NCBI GenBank assembly: GCA_965233585.1
Contig: CBDDTI010000411.1
Span: 1-24,508, forward strand
Length of the DNA: 24,508 nt
Source: a bacterium
Lineage (GTDB): Bacteria > SAR324 > NAC60-12
Direction: 5' to 3'
The notes under the pieces are model-generated. The model had not been told where the DNA came from and made no database searches. It worked only from the letters and a program-made list of their open reading frames with translations. The position numbers were made by a program, and so were the translations under genes. This document shows positions 9,373-18,490 of the stretch, one piece after another; the first letter of the stretch is position 1, and the number at the start of each line of letters is the position of its first letter.

Positions 9373-9747
9373 ATGTCTAAAACATTAGGAAAAGCTAGTT
9401 CACTTTTTTATGTAATAAAAAAATTAAAACATCAGGATTGTGCCAATTTTTTAAGTCATTTGGACGATCGCGGAGTTGAATTGCTTTGTCGAATATTACA
9501 TTACGTGTTGAACGGTGACTTGCCCATACATGGCAAAGTACGAACACGTCTTCAAAAAAAGATAAGAGCTCATTTGTCAGAATTTAGACGTCTTGCTGCA
9601 CCACCGCGTCGTTCTTCCGACATTTCAAAAAAAAGAAAAATATTACAAAAAGGCGGAATTTTAGGAGTTTTATCAGCGATCGCCAGCACCGTCATCCCTC
9701 TTTTGGCCCAAATTATTGCAAATAAGAGTTCGCGACGTCGTCGTTAA
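9373..9747 (+). CDS. Basic virion core protein with a C-terminal membrane-active helix (adenovirus pX-like)
   Basis: QKGG|ILGVLSAIASTVIPLLAQII is an adenain-type site followed by a hydrophobic helix, typical of Polinton/adintovirus core proteins. Confidence 0.7.
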   Translation: MSKTLGKASSLFYVIKKLKHQDCANFLSHLDDRGVELLCRILHYVLNGDLPIHGKVRTRLQKKIRAHLSEFRRLAAPPRRSSDISKKRKILQKGGILGVLSAIASTVIPLLAQIIANKSSRRRR

Positions 9748-9749
9748 AA

Positions 9750-11211
9750 ATGAACTCAGGAGTAAAAATAAAACCACATGATGAAATGTATTCTATGTTT
9801 TTAGTACCTAAAAGATTATATTATTCATTAATAAAAAATACGGAAGACGATGAATCAAAAAAAGAACTTATTTCTATGAATGAAAAACCGGAAACAACCA
9901 ACTATATTGAAAATGCCATTAAATTTAAAAATCTACAAGACAGACAGAAAATAATCCAAACTGGGGATAAATTACTTCGTTTTGGGTCTGATAAATTACC
10001 GAATGTCACATCAATTGCCCAATCTGATAGCATGGGTCGTACTTACCAATCTCTTTCAAGATCACCATCCACTCAAATTCCTCAACGAGAAGAAATACAG
10101 AATGTAATGTCTCCTGGTCGAGTTACCCAAAAAGGTAGCAGTATTGACCGCGCTTACCACCCGGTTTTAAGATCACCATCCACCCAAATTACGCAACGAG
10201 AAGAAATACCAAATGCACTAACACCTGCTCGAATTGATTCCGATATGGATCTCACGGACGTATCTCTTTACAGAACACCCACTGAAATTCCCCAACAAGA
10301 AGAAAATAATTTACCTAGTACCCCCATTATTGAAAGAGAATTTGTTGCAGAAAAATCTCTTAGTCCTGAAAAAACAAAAAGTCCGAACGAATCAGCTTAT
10401 TCAACTCCTGTTACTACCAAACGAGAAGAATGGCGAGAAACACCTGTTTTAGAAGCGATGACGAAAAGAAATTCAAAAGGCAAATTAGTTTGTCCAGTTC
10501 CTGATTGTTGGAAGCAATATGTTGACGAAGGGCAATTGGGCAAACATTTGCTAAAAGATCATCCTAAAGATATAGCTTTGAAAGACAAAAAGACCATTAA
10601 AGGAATGATTTCCAGCCCTTACGCTAGAAGAAACAGCTCAAATGAAATGGATTACTCATACGCACTTTCCACAATAAAATCTCCAGTTGTGTTAAATTGG
10701 CGAAATACACCTATTGCAAAAGCAGTGAAAGAAAAGAATGCAGCCGGCAAAATAGTTTGTCCTTTTCCCAATTGCGGGAAGCAATATGTCGGCATTCCAC
10801 AATTTGGCAAACACATGATGAAAGAACATTATAAAGAATTGTCTGTAAGGGATCAAGAATAAAATTTTTGGAATGACCTCTACCCCTCGAAAAAGAAGAT
10901 TAAGAGGAATTGGAAGCTCTTCTCCTTCATTTCCACTCACACCTGTTAAAATACGATTTTCAGCCGGAAAAGCTAAATCAAAGGGTGCAACAAAAAGAAA
11001 TTCCACTGATGCTGACATGACTCCTGCACAAACCAAAATCAGATCAAAATCAATGAAAATGTCACAATCTAAAAGCCCAATAAACAGGGACCCTATTGAA
11101 GCTGGTGTGTCTCCTGTAAAAACCAGATCAAAAACAAGAAAAATGTCTAAATCAGAAGCTAAAGTAGATTCTGTTAAAAAACTTTTTTCAGGAAAATATC
11201 CAAAGTTATGA
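9750..11211 (+). CDS. Protein with two C2H2 zinc fingers and a basic SP/TP-rich tail; ORFs 9750-10862 and 10873-11211 are probably one gene with a +1 frameshift
   Basis: Fingers CPVPDC...H...H and CPFPNC...H...H. The internal repeat KDIALKDKKTIKGMISSP aligns without gaps to KELSVRDQE/KIFGMTSTP across the frame break at 10860. Confidence 0.6.
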
Positions 11212-11224
11212 AAGTAAAAATATA

Positions 11225-11707
11225 TTAACATTTATTTTCAATTTTTTTTATAAAGTGAGTTACAATTTTATCGTTTTCTGATTTGGGATTTTTTACAAAT
11301 AATTTAACAAATTGTTGAGGGGTCATTAAATTGTTGCCCACGGATAAACAAAATGCGCACGTGTACCATCCACAAAACAAAGAACGGAAACTCTGAATTG
11401 AGTGAGATAAGATAATTTTGAAGGAGTTTTTCTCTATCCAGGGTCGTAAAAACTTCATCAAACATTTGTTCCATATCGGTGGTAAAAAACCGAAAGAATC
11501 AAAATAATAGAGTTGATTTTTCTTGTTAATGTACATTGCTACGAAATGAGATCCTTCTTGATTTCTTTTGGATAAGTTAGCGATCAGGCAGCAAGGCAAT
11601 GAAAGCGGATCAGATGGCAAGTCGTCGACCGAAAATACCCCGATGAAATTCTTACATCTGGGTCGAATGTAATTGTTTAAAAAGATATTTGATAACCCAC
11701 CCTCCAT
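11225..11707 (-). CDS. Adenain-like cysteine protease (capsid maturation)
   Basis: FIGVFSVD, GSHFVA (His), YFDSFG (Asp) and IQS...FCGWY (Gln, Cys). Confidence 0.92.
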   Translation of the reverse strand: MEGGLSNIFLNNYIRPRCKNFIGVFSVDDLPSDPLSLPCCLIANLSKRNQEGSHFVAMYINKKNQLYYFDSFGFLPPIWNKCLMKFLRPWIEKNSFKIILSHSIQSFRSLFCGWYTCAFCLSVGNNLMTPQQFVKLFVKNPKSENDKIVTHFIKKIENKC

Positions 11708-11710
11708 ATT

Positions 11711-13060
11711 TTAATTGGTTCCTTTTATGACTTGTTGAAATTGATCTATTTTAATACCGGAGTTAAAAATAGATAAGGCCAGAACGTATATTGGATGGGG
11801 AGTGATTTGGGAAAAAGCCAACTCTAAATCTAAATTTCCATAATTTTCTGGATGAGTGTGGTACGAATTACATTGATCTGGTGTCAAGTCGGCCGCCAGA
11901 AAAAATCTTCCATTTATAAAAGCATCATACGTCAAGCCAATGGACTGATTGCCGTGCGAAATGCCTATACTGTCGTATAAATGTCGATACAAATCAACAA
12001 CGTCCCCCTCCTCAATATTAGGTTGAAAAGGTTTGGGAAATACGCATTGCCCGTTCTTTTTTAAATTAAACGAGGAAAGATTAAAGTGTTGAAAATTAAA
12101 AGGATTTTTGTCGGGAGCATGCGACATAGCCTGATTGTGAACCATCACAAAAAACACTTGTTTGGGTAATGTTCCATTAGCAATATTAGCGATGTTAAAA
12201 GACGACACGCCTTGAGGAATAACGTAATGTCTTAAACGTGTAGAGCTAAAAGGCAGGTAGCACGGTTCTTTTAAAAGTTTGTTTTTGAAACTTTCTCGTA
12301 TTATCAACGTAGGCAACACTTTTCTCATATGCAATTTGACATCTTTTAACACAATTTTGAAAGGTTTTGCTGCTGCAGGATCTTGAAGCAAACCAAATGT
12401 TTCAGCCGATCTAACCAATTTTATCTTGATATCCACATTTGGTGGTAAGAATCGATCAGTGTCAAACAGATCAACAGCTATACGCGAGTTAAAAAATACT
12501 TTTTTCCCGTTTAAAATCAAATTCTTTCTTTTTGTCAAAGAATTAGAGGAAACTTCTTCGGTAATTTTGGTGGTGGTAACTTCGTCTATAGTTTCGGGAT
12601 AATATCCTTCAGCAGCCAGATAAGTGTCTTTTACGTCAATATTGTAACTTAAATATGATTGTAAAAACATTCTCCAGGGGTAGGTGACCGCCGAACTTAA
12701 ATCAGCTACTTGAACACCGTTCAAATACACTTCTACTTGACTGAATAAACAAGCAGCAAAATGATTTACCAACGCGGTTTTACTTGCCTCCGTGACAAAG
12801 CCGCCGTCATCATTTGTCACTACAAAATGCCCACTGAGTCTGGTTTGACTCAGTATAAAAGAACACTCGTTGTCGCGAGGAACAAGAAATTCTACCGGAC
12901 CGGTGTTGGTGATAGAAGCCACGCTATTGTAAATAACGTGAGCCCCTTCCAATAGACCCGTTTCCACTTCTAAGGGTGCGTGAAGCGCTAAACCACTTTC
13001 TGTGCCATCGTTTTGTTCCACGGCCAATCCAGCAATTCCGCTTTTATCAGGCAAGCCCAT
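11711..13060 (-). CDS. Major capsid protein (double jelly-roll, hexon-like), 449 aa from ATG 13060
   Basis: Polinton MCP-like motifs GPVEF, LFSQVEVYLNG, FLPPNVDIKIKL, LPKQVF, NPFNFQHF, DLTPD and GNLDLEL. Confidence 0.88.
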   Translation of the reverse strand: MGLPDKSGIAGLAVEQNDGTESGLALHAPLEVETGLLEGAHVIYNSVASITNTGPVEFLVPRDNECSFILSQTRLSGHFVVTNDDGGFVTEASKTALVNHFAACLFSQVEVYLNGVQVADLSSAVTYPWRMFLQSYLSYNIDVKDTYLAAEGYYPETIDEVTTTKITEEVSSNSLTKRKNLILNGKKVFFNSRIAVDLFDTDRFLPPNVDIKIKLVRSAETFGLLQDPAAAKPFKIVLKDVKLHMRKVLPTLIIRESFKNKLLKEPCYLPFSSTRLRHYVIPQGVSSFNIANIANGTLPKQVFFVMVHNQAMSHAPDKNPFNFQHFNLSSFNLKKNGQCVFPKPFQPNIEEGDVVDLYRHLYDSIGISHGNQSIGLTYDAFINGRFFLAADLTPDQCNSYHTHPENYGNLDLELAFSQITPHPIYVLALSIFNSGIKIDQFQQVIKGTN

Positions 13061-13067
13061 ATCAAAG

Positions 13068-13610
13068 ATGGAAGTGATGGTCAGCAATGTTAAAATCAGT
13101 TGCAAAATTCGTCTCATCGACAGTGACAAAATTTCTTTTAATACCGATAATGTACTAAAACATTATAATAATTTTACTGTTGTTAAAAAAAAATATTCTT
13201 TTATTGTGTTTACTAAAACAAAGCAAAATCGAAATTTCCACGTAAATATTACTAAAATCCCTTCCACAGAGCATATACCAAAAGCATTAGACGAATTAAA
13301 ACTTGTTATAAGTAGTAAATTTATTACTGAAAAGTTTAAAATAGAAAACATGACTTGTTTGTGTCATATGTCATCAAAAATCAATTTATTAACATTTTAC
13401 AACAATTTGAAATTAAATGTAGATTTTGAAATTATCCAAAAGAGATACGACTCTGAGAAATTTCCTGGAATGTTTTTAACATTAAAAAAGTGTTCTGCTT
13501 TAATATTTTCGTCTGGAAAAATAGTAATAATTGGAGCTTCCTGCGAAAAAGACGCTACACAAGGAATAAAAATTATTTCTGAATTGCTGAAAAAATATAA
13601 AACTGAATAA
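13068..13610 (+). CDS. TBP: TATA-binding protein homolog (180 aa, core only)
   Basis: Second repeat FKIENMT...YDSEKFPGMF...ALIFSSGKIVIIGA closely matches the TBP signature. First repeat VSNVK...YNNF...FIVF...VNITK is diverged. Confidence 0.9.
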   Translation: MEVMVSNVKISCKIRLIDSDKISFNTDNVLKHYNNFTVVKKKYSFIVFTKTKQNRNFHVNITKIPSTEHIPKALDELKLVISSKFITEKFKIENMTCLCHMSSKINLLTFYNNLKLNVDFEIIQKRYDSEKFPGMFLTLKKCSALIFSSGKIVIIGASCEKDATQGIKIISELLKKYKTE

Positions 13611-13716
13611 ATTCAATATAATAAAAGATTACGTCGGATTATTTGTAAAATCAGTTAAATTTTGAACTTCGTACAATAAACAATGAAATTATGTTCAAAA
13701 ATTAGATTGGATTAAA

Positions 13717-14436
13717 ATGTGCATTCATCAATATATAATAGAAGACACCAGACAAGGAGACGTAGTGTGCACCGAGTGTGGTTTAGTTATTGATAAAATA
13801 TATTGTGATCCAAATTTAGAAACAAAATGGGAAAAAATAAAAAATTTAAATGAAGAATTTGAACAAAACAGCGAACATTTAAAGAAGGAAAAAAATATTT
13901 TAAAAAATTTATGTAATAAATTACATTTAAATAATGATGTTACAAACACTATTTTTAACTTGTGGTCAGAAATAGTAGCGTGGCATTATCAAAAAAATGG
14001 AAAAATTAAAATTAATCCAAAAGGCTTAATTGCTATGGCATTGTATCAAAGTTTAATAGAGGAAAAAATTCCCCGCCCAATAAGTCACTTGTGTCAGGAA
14101 ATTGGTATTAGCCCAAAAACGGTATGGCGATGGATAAAATTATACAGACAAGATTCGACCAACACAATTAAAACAGAAAATTCTATAAAAGCAAAAGATA
14201 TGGCAGAATATTTTTTACAGCCTCTACAGTTAAATTATCAAGAGATGACAACTATAAAAGAAAAACTAAATAAAAATGAAAATAGTTCTTTTGCTCCTAG
14301 GACTTTATTAGCAGCATGTGCTTATGCCTTTTTAAAAGAAACAAGAGCACTATATCCGAGCGTCAAAAATACAGCTCGTATTTTAGGCGTCAGTGTTATG
14401 TCTTTATACAGATGTCTTAAAAGTCTAGAGCAATAA
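13717..14436 (+). CDS. TFIIB: Transcription initiation factor TFIIB homolog (239 aa)
   Basis: N-terminal Zn ribbon CIH...EDTRQGDVVCTECGLVI, then two cyclin-like repeats (LCNKLHL...AMALY...IPRPISHL; APRTLLAACAY...TARILGVS). Confidence 0.9.
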   Translation: MCIHQYIIEDTRQGDVVCTECGLVIDKIYCDPNLETKWEKIKNLNEEFEQNSEHLKKEKNILKNLCNKLHLNNDVTNTIFNLWSEIVAWHYQKNGKIKINPKGLIAMALYQSLIEEKIPRPISHLCQEIGISPKTVWRWIKLYRQDSTNTIKTENSIKAKDMAEYFLQPLQLNYQEMTTIKEKLNKNENSSFAPRTLLAACAYAFLKETRALYPSVKNTARILGVSVMSLYRCLKSLEQ

Positions 14437-14444
14437 GAAAATAT

Positions 14445-14846
14445 ATGAATTACCACAGCGGCTTACGTTGGCAACGAGGCTCGGGAATCGGATCACTTTT
14501 TTCCGGAATTTTTCGTGGTTTAATGCCGGTAGCAAGATCAGCGGTAAAAACTATTGGAAAAGTGGCTAGAAGCGCACCGATAAGATCCGCAGGTAAAGCT
14601 TTAAAAAAAGAGGCGACAAAGGCGGCGGTAGAAACTGCATTAGAGGCTTTGGAGGGTCAACCGGTCGGGAGAAAAGCTAAACAACGATTAAAATCAGCTA
14701 CTCGCGGTATTTTGCTTAACGCTGCTAGACAAGCAGATACCAACAACGAATATCGAGCTCAAAATTCGAGCAGAAAGAGGAAAACACCGTCAATTGCTAA
14801 ATCTAGGAAAAAAAGACGGAGAATAACTAAACAACCCTTGTTTTAA
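14445..14846 (+). CDS. Basic core protein with an N-terminal amphipathic helix (pVI/pVII-like)
   Basis: QRGS|GIGSLFSGIFRGLMP is typical of Polinton core proteins; Arg/Lys-rich C-terminus. Confidence 0.75.
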   Translation: MNYHSGLRWQRGSGIGSLFSGIFRGLMPVARSAVKTIGKVARSAPIRSAGKALKKEATKAAVETALEALEGQPVGRKAKQRLKSATRGILLNAARQADTNNEYRAQNSSRKRKTPSIAKSRKKRRRITKQPLF

Positions 14847-14852
14847 AAAGAA

Positions 14853-15935
14853 ATGACAACAAAAGAGATTTTTTTAAAAGAATATGCAAGACCAGGCTCA
14901 CCAATAGCTTTTGCATCTCCTGCGTTGATTTATTATTATTATGGAAAAAAAATTCCTTTAACGACAATTGAAGAATGGTTAAAGGGAACTGATTCTTACA
15001 CACTTCATAAACAACCAAAATTACCTAAACCTAGAAATCCAACATTTGCTTATCATAAGAGATATCAATTTCAAATTGATCTTATAGATTTAGGAAATTT
15101 GATCGAAGAAAATGACGGGAATAGATACCTTCTAACAGCTATTGATATTTTTACACGATTCGCGTTTGTAGAACCCTTAAAAAATAAAACAGCAAAAACT
15201 TTTATGGAGGGATTTGAGTCTATTATGAAAAGAGCAAAAAAGTTTCCTCGTAGAATTTTAGCTGATAAAGGTGCAGAAATAAAGAATAAATTGTTTCAAG
15301 CCTACTGCAAAAACAATAACATTCTTCTATTACACAGCAACAATTTTGTGCACGCCCCTTTTGTGGAAAGATTTAACCGAACTTTAAAAAATCTGATGTT
15401 TAAATACATGACTCACGAAAATACAGATAGGTACATCGATGCATTACCTTTTCTTGTTCATACCTACAACCATCGTAAACATCGTATGATTGGAATGTCA
15501 CCCGCTGAAGCCGAGCTCCCCGGTCGGACTTATTTTATTAGAAGAAAACAGGAATTGCATTATTCAAAGTTTAAGAGAAAAAGACCAAAATACAAAATTG
15601 GTCAAACCGTGCGCATTAGCATAATGAAGGGAAAATTTGACAGAGGTTTTACACAACAATTTAAGGAAGAAATTTTTAAAATAAAATCAATTTTTACTCG
15701 TTTGCCTAAACCTACTTATGAATTGGAAACTTTAGAACAGGATGAAACTCTGGAAGGAAATTTTTATGAGAGTGAACTTACTCCCGTGAATGAGCCAGAA
15801 TTATTTATGATTGAAAAAATTTTACGAACAAAAAAAGATAAAAAAACAGGTGAAAAAATGGTTTTGGTGAAATGGAAAGGGTATAAAAACCCCAGTTGGA
15901 CATATGAGAAAGATGTAGTTGATGTGTCACAATAA
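14853..15935 (+). CDS. int: Retroviral-like (rve) DDE integrase with C-terminal chromodomain
   Basis: YTLHK, QIDLID (D), IDIFTRFA, ADKGAE (D), VERFNRTLK (E), YNHRKHRMIGMSP and chromodomain LVKWKGY...SW. Confidence 0.95.
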   Translation: MTTKEIFLKEYARPGSPIAFASPALIYYYYGKKIPLTTIEEWLKGTDSYTLHKQPKLPKPRNPTFAYHKRYQFQIDLIDLGNLIEENDGNRYLLTAIDIFTRFAFVEPLKNKTAKTFMEGFESIMKRAKKFPRRILADKGAEIKNKLFQAYCKNNNILLLHSNNFVHAPFVERFNRTLKNLMFKYMTHENTDRYIDALPFLVHTYNHRKHRMIGMSPAEAELPGRTYFIRRKQELHYSKFKRKRPKYKIGQTVRISIMKGKFDRGFTQQFKEEIFKIKSIFTRLPKPTYELETLEQDETLEGNFYESELTPVNEPELFMIEKILRTKKDKKTGEKMVLVKWKGYKNPSWTYEKDVVDVSQ

Positions 15936-15941
15936 CGTGGA

Positions 15942-17693
15942 ATGGATTATAACATTTATTGCGTGTCAAACGCTGGTTCCAATACGGACGTCAAAAATAC
16001 TTTAAATTCCTTTACCAATTTATTTCCGCAAAATTTAGATTTGAAAAATAGAGAATGGGAAATTGGAATAGTATCTATGGGGTTACATTATAATTACAAC
16101 CAATTAACCATGACAAAAGGTCAAATCGGTGTCATAACGCTAAAAAACGAATTAACATCTATAAATTCTTCAGAAAAGGAGATAGAGACCGAGATTTTAA
16201 ACCAGACAAAATCTGTTTGGGTTTTGCCTGATTTAGATGAAGAAGATCTGTCAGTATATAGATTAATGCAAAATTTGATGCAATTTATTTACAAGGAAGG
16301 AATGAAAATGGTTAGTGGTGACCTCGAATCAGACGGTGAAACTAAAAGATTCTACATAATTGAAGAAGGTCCTAAAAAAGAAACCGAAAATGAGACGGAA
16401 AATGAAAATTACAATCATAATAGATACTTACTAATTCATCAACAGTTAATAAAAATTATAAAGTTAAGATGTTATAAAGACAGAGTGTTTTTTTCTGGAG
16501 AAAAATCAATTAAATATTTTGGTAACGAATATGTGTATTATCCGTTACAAAAAAATTTTAGGTTTCAAACCATAGCAAATAAAGTGACTTCCGTTTTGAA
16601 ACCCGGTTTAGTTCACGTAAAATCAAATATTATTTCCGACGTTCCTAACAGTGATAATTATTCCACAATTATGTTTACAACAACTTTACCTAAGCAAATG
16701 GAGGGTCATTATTTTTACCATAATGTAAAAAAGGTCAGATATTATCAAGTGCGGCAAACCAATATTGAGACAATAAACTCTCAATTCACAGATGCTTTTG
16801 GAAATCTTTTGAGCTTAAACGAAGGTCAACCGTCTCTAATTCATTACCATTTGAGAGAGAAAGAAAAAAACATGGATCACGAATTGAGACACGTGCGAAT
16901 CGATTCGAAAGTAGATGCCAAATTGGATTACGAAAATACAAATAGTAGCTTTTGGGTGCATTTAAAACATCCACTGCATTTAAATCCAAACGCGAAAATT
17001 GCCCTGATGGATATTTCTTTTCCCGACAGCATATGTAGCATTCCAGAATCAATCGCTAATGAACCAATAATAATAAAACTGGTTAAAGGTCAAAACATAG
17101 AGGAAGAACACAAATTGAATATACCAAAAAATTATTTTTGTGACTCTAACGATTTAACAACGGCAATGAATGATTTATTGACAGAAGAATTAAAGAAACT
17201 AGTATATTTTGAAAACGTTAATGGATATTTAAGAATTACGGCTAAAACTGATCAAATTTTTATAATTGGATTTCCACAAAGCTTTTGTCCGATTTTAGGA
17301 ATGTACGATTACCCCAATGAAGAAAAACAAAGAGTTAGTGATCAAAACAACTACCATTTTTTTGCTGTGAGAAATTACTCAGTTTATCAAGCACCACAAC
17401 CGATAGACATTTACAAACTGTATCCTGGTGTTATGATTTGTTATGCCAATTTTGTTCAGCATTCTATTGTCGGAGACAAATTTTACCCAATACTTAGAAT
17501 TATTCCCACGATTGGACAGTCAAAACAAAATGACTACTGCTCGATCCATTTTGAGCATTTAGAATTTATCAAATGCAATGTTGATTATTTAGACAACATG
17601 AAGATCGAATTGAGGAGATTGGACGGAGACTTAATTGAATTCGACAACGAAAAAAGTGTTATTTTAAATATTGTAATTAAAAACCCAATTTAA
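15942..17693 (+). CDS. Minor capsid (penton-like) protein with two tandem domains
   Basis: N-terminal motif SN...NTLNSFTN...LDL...WEIGI recurs as DS...NTNSSFWV...LHL...KIAL. C-terminal motifs SNII...IETI...TDAFGNLL and ANFVQHSIVGD...ILRII...LDNMKIEL...DGDLI also recur. Confidence 0.75.
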   Translation: MDYNIYCVSNAGSNTDVKNTLNSFTNLFPQNLDLKNREWEIGIVSMGLHYNYNQLTMTKGQIGVITLKNELTSINSSEKEIETEILNQTKSVWVLPDLDEEDLSVYRLMQNLMQFIYKEGMKMVSGDLESDGETKRFYIIEEGPKKETENETENENYNHNRYLLIHQQLIKIIKLRCYKDRVFFSGEKSIKYFGNEYVYYPLQKNFRFQTIANKVTSVLKPGLVHVKSNIISDVPNSDNYSTIMFTTTLPKQMEGHYFYHNVKKVRYYQVRQTNIETINSQFTDAFGNLLSLNEGQPSLIHYHLREKEKNMDHELRHVRIDSKVDAKLDYENTNSSFWVHLKHPLHLNPNAKIALMDISFPDSICSIPESIANEPIIIKLVKGQNIEEEHKLNIPKNYFCDSNDLTTAMNDLLTEELKKLVYFENVNGYLRITAKTDQIFIIGFPQSFCPILGMYDYPNEEKQRVSDQNNYHFFAVRNYSVYQAPQPIDIYKLYPGVMICYANFVQHSIVGDKFYPILRIIPTIGQSKQNDYCSIHFEHLEFIKCNVDYLDNMKIELRRLDGDLIEFDNEKSVILNIVIKNPI

Positions 17694-17704
17694 ATTTTAT
17701 TCTA

Positions 17705-18028
17705 TTAAAACGTATCATTTAAAAACAATGAATTATTGGTAAAATTTACTAAAGAAAGTTCTAAAGTACGATTTGTTAAAGCAAGCGATTTTAGAGCGTT
17801 ACAAGTTGATACCGATATCAACCATATACAAGCACAAATAGAGATAATCATAGTAAAGATCATTCCAATCACAGCACAAAAATCAGTGCAAGGGTCAGAG
17901 TAAAAACGGCTGAGGCTAGAAGATCTTGGCAAATCTTGATGAAATTGATCCAATTCTTCAAAACGATGGTTTGGTTCTGAGCGTTGATGTGTATTTGGGT
18001 TCATCTTTAACCAAATGTTGTTGTTCAT
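17705..18028 (-). CDS. Small single-pass membrane protein of unknown function
   Basis: Hydrophobic FCAVIGMIFTMIISICACIWLISV followed by several N-x-S/T sequons. ATGA overlap with the upstream ORF. Confidence 0.55.
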   Translation of the reverse strand: MNNNIWLKMNPNTHQRSEPNHRFEELDQFHQDLPRSSSLSRFYSDPCTDFCAVIGMIFTMIISICACIWLISVSTCNALKSLALTNRTLELSLVNFTNNSLFLNDTF

Positions 18029-18429
18029 ACTTCTTCTCCATCAACTGAGTGTTGTTCCAAACAAAAATCTTTGCACAACAATTTCATGCAAAAAGACGCA
18101 TAAAAATGAAACACTTTTAGTTCGTTTTGGATTTCACGATACCACCACAACCTGGTGGCTGAGTCGCCAGAAATATTAGGTTTTCCAAGAAGTTTGTCTT
18201 TGAAACAGGTCCTGTAGTTTACCAATTCACTGTCCAATGATTCCAAAGACTCGTTGATTCTGCGAAGATGAGCAGAAATGCGACGCATACAATGCACGAT
18301 GTGAGTTGGATCTGAAGTATTGTAAATACCGGCTTCGTCAGGACCAGAATCCCAGTCAGAATTATGCGGCGATCCTGATGTTGGTTGGTTGTTGACTTGC
18401 CCACACATGCTGCACGACTGAAACAACAT
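18025..18429 (-). CDS. Hypothetical protein, 134 aa
   Basis: ATG-initiated ORF with CxxC and a helical segment; its stop overlaps the next ATG. Confidence 0.5.
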   Translation of the reverse strand: MLFQSCSMCGQVNNQPTSGSPHNSDWDSGPDEAGIYNTSDPTHIVHCMRRISAHLRRINESLESLDSELVNYRTCFKDKLLGKPNISGDSATRLWWYREIQNELKVFHFYASFCMKLLCKDFCLEQHSVDGEEV

Positions 18430-18490
18430 TTAACATAGACCCAACTAATAAATAAAAGCGTGCTCGGCAAATATTTGGATGAGTTGGTGA

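Noticed and set aside
9176..10865. Ciliate (Euplotes-type) stop-codon frameshifting or TGA=Cys code to explain the frame breaks
   Set aside because: Most genes end normally at TAA or TGA, the two breaks are in different directions, and simple indels explain them.
13002..13129. Extended, overlapping N-termini for TBP (from 13002) and MCP (from 13129)
   Set aside because: Both use non-ATG starts and the extensions are antisense translations of the other gene. ATGs at 13068 and 13060 give typical protein sizes.
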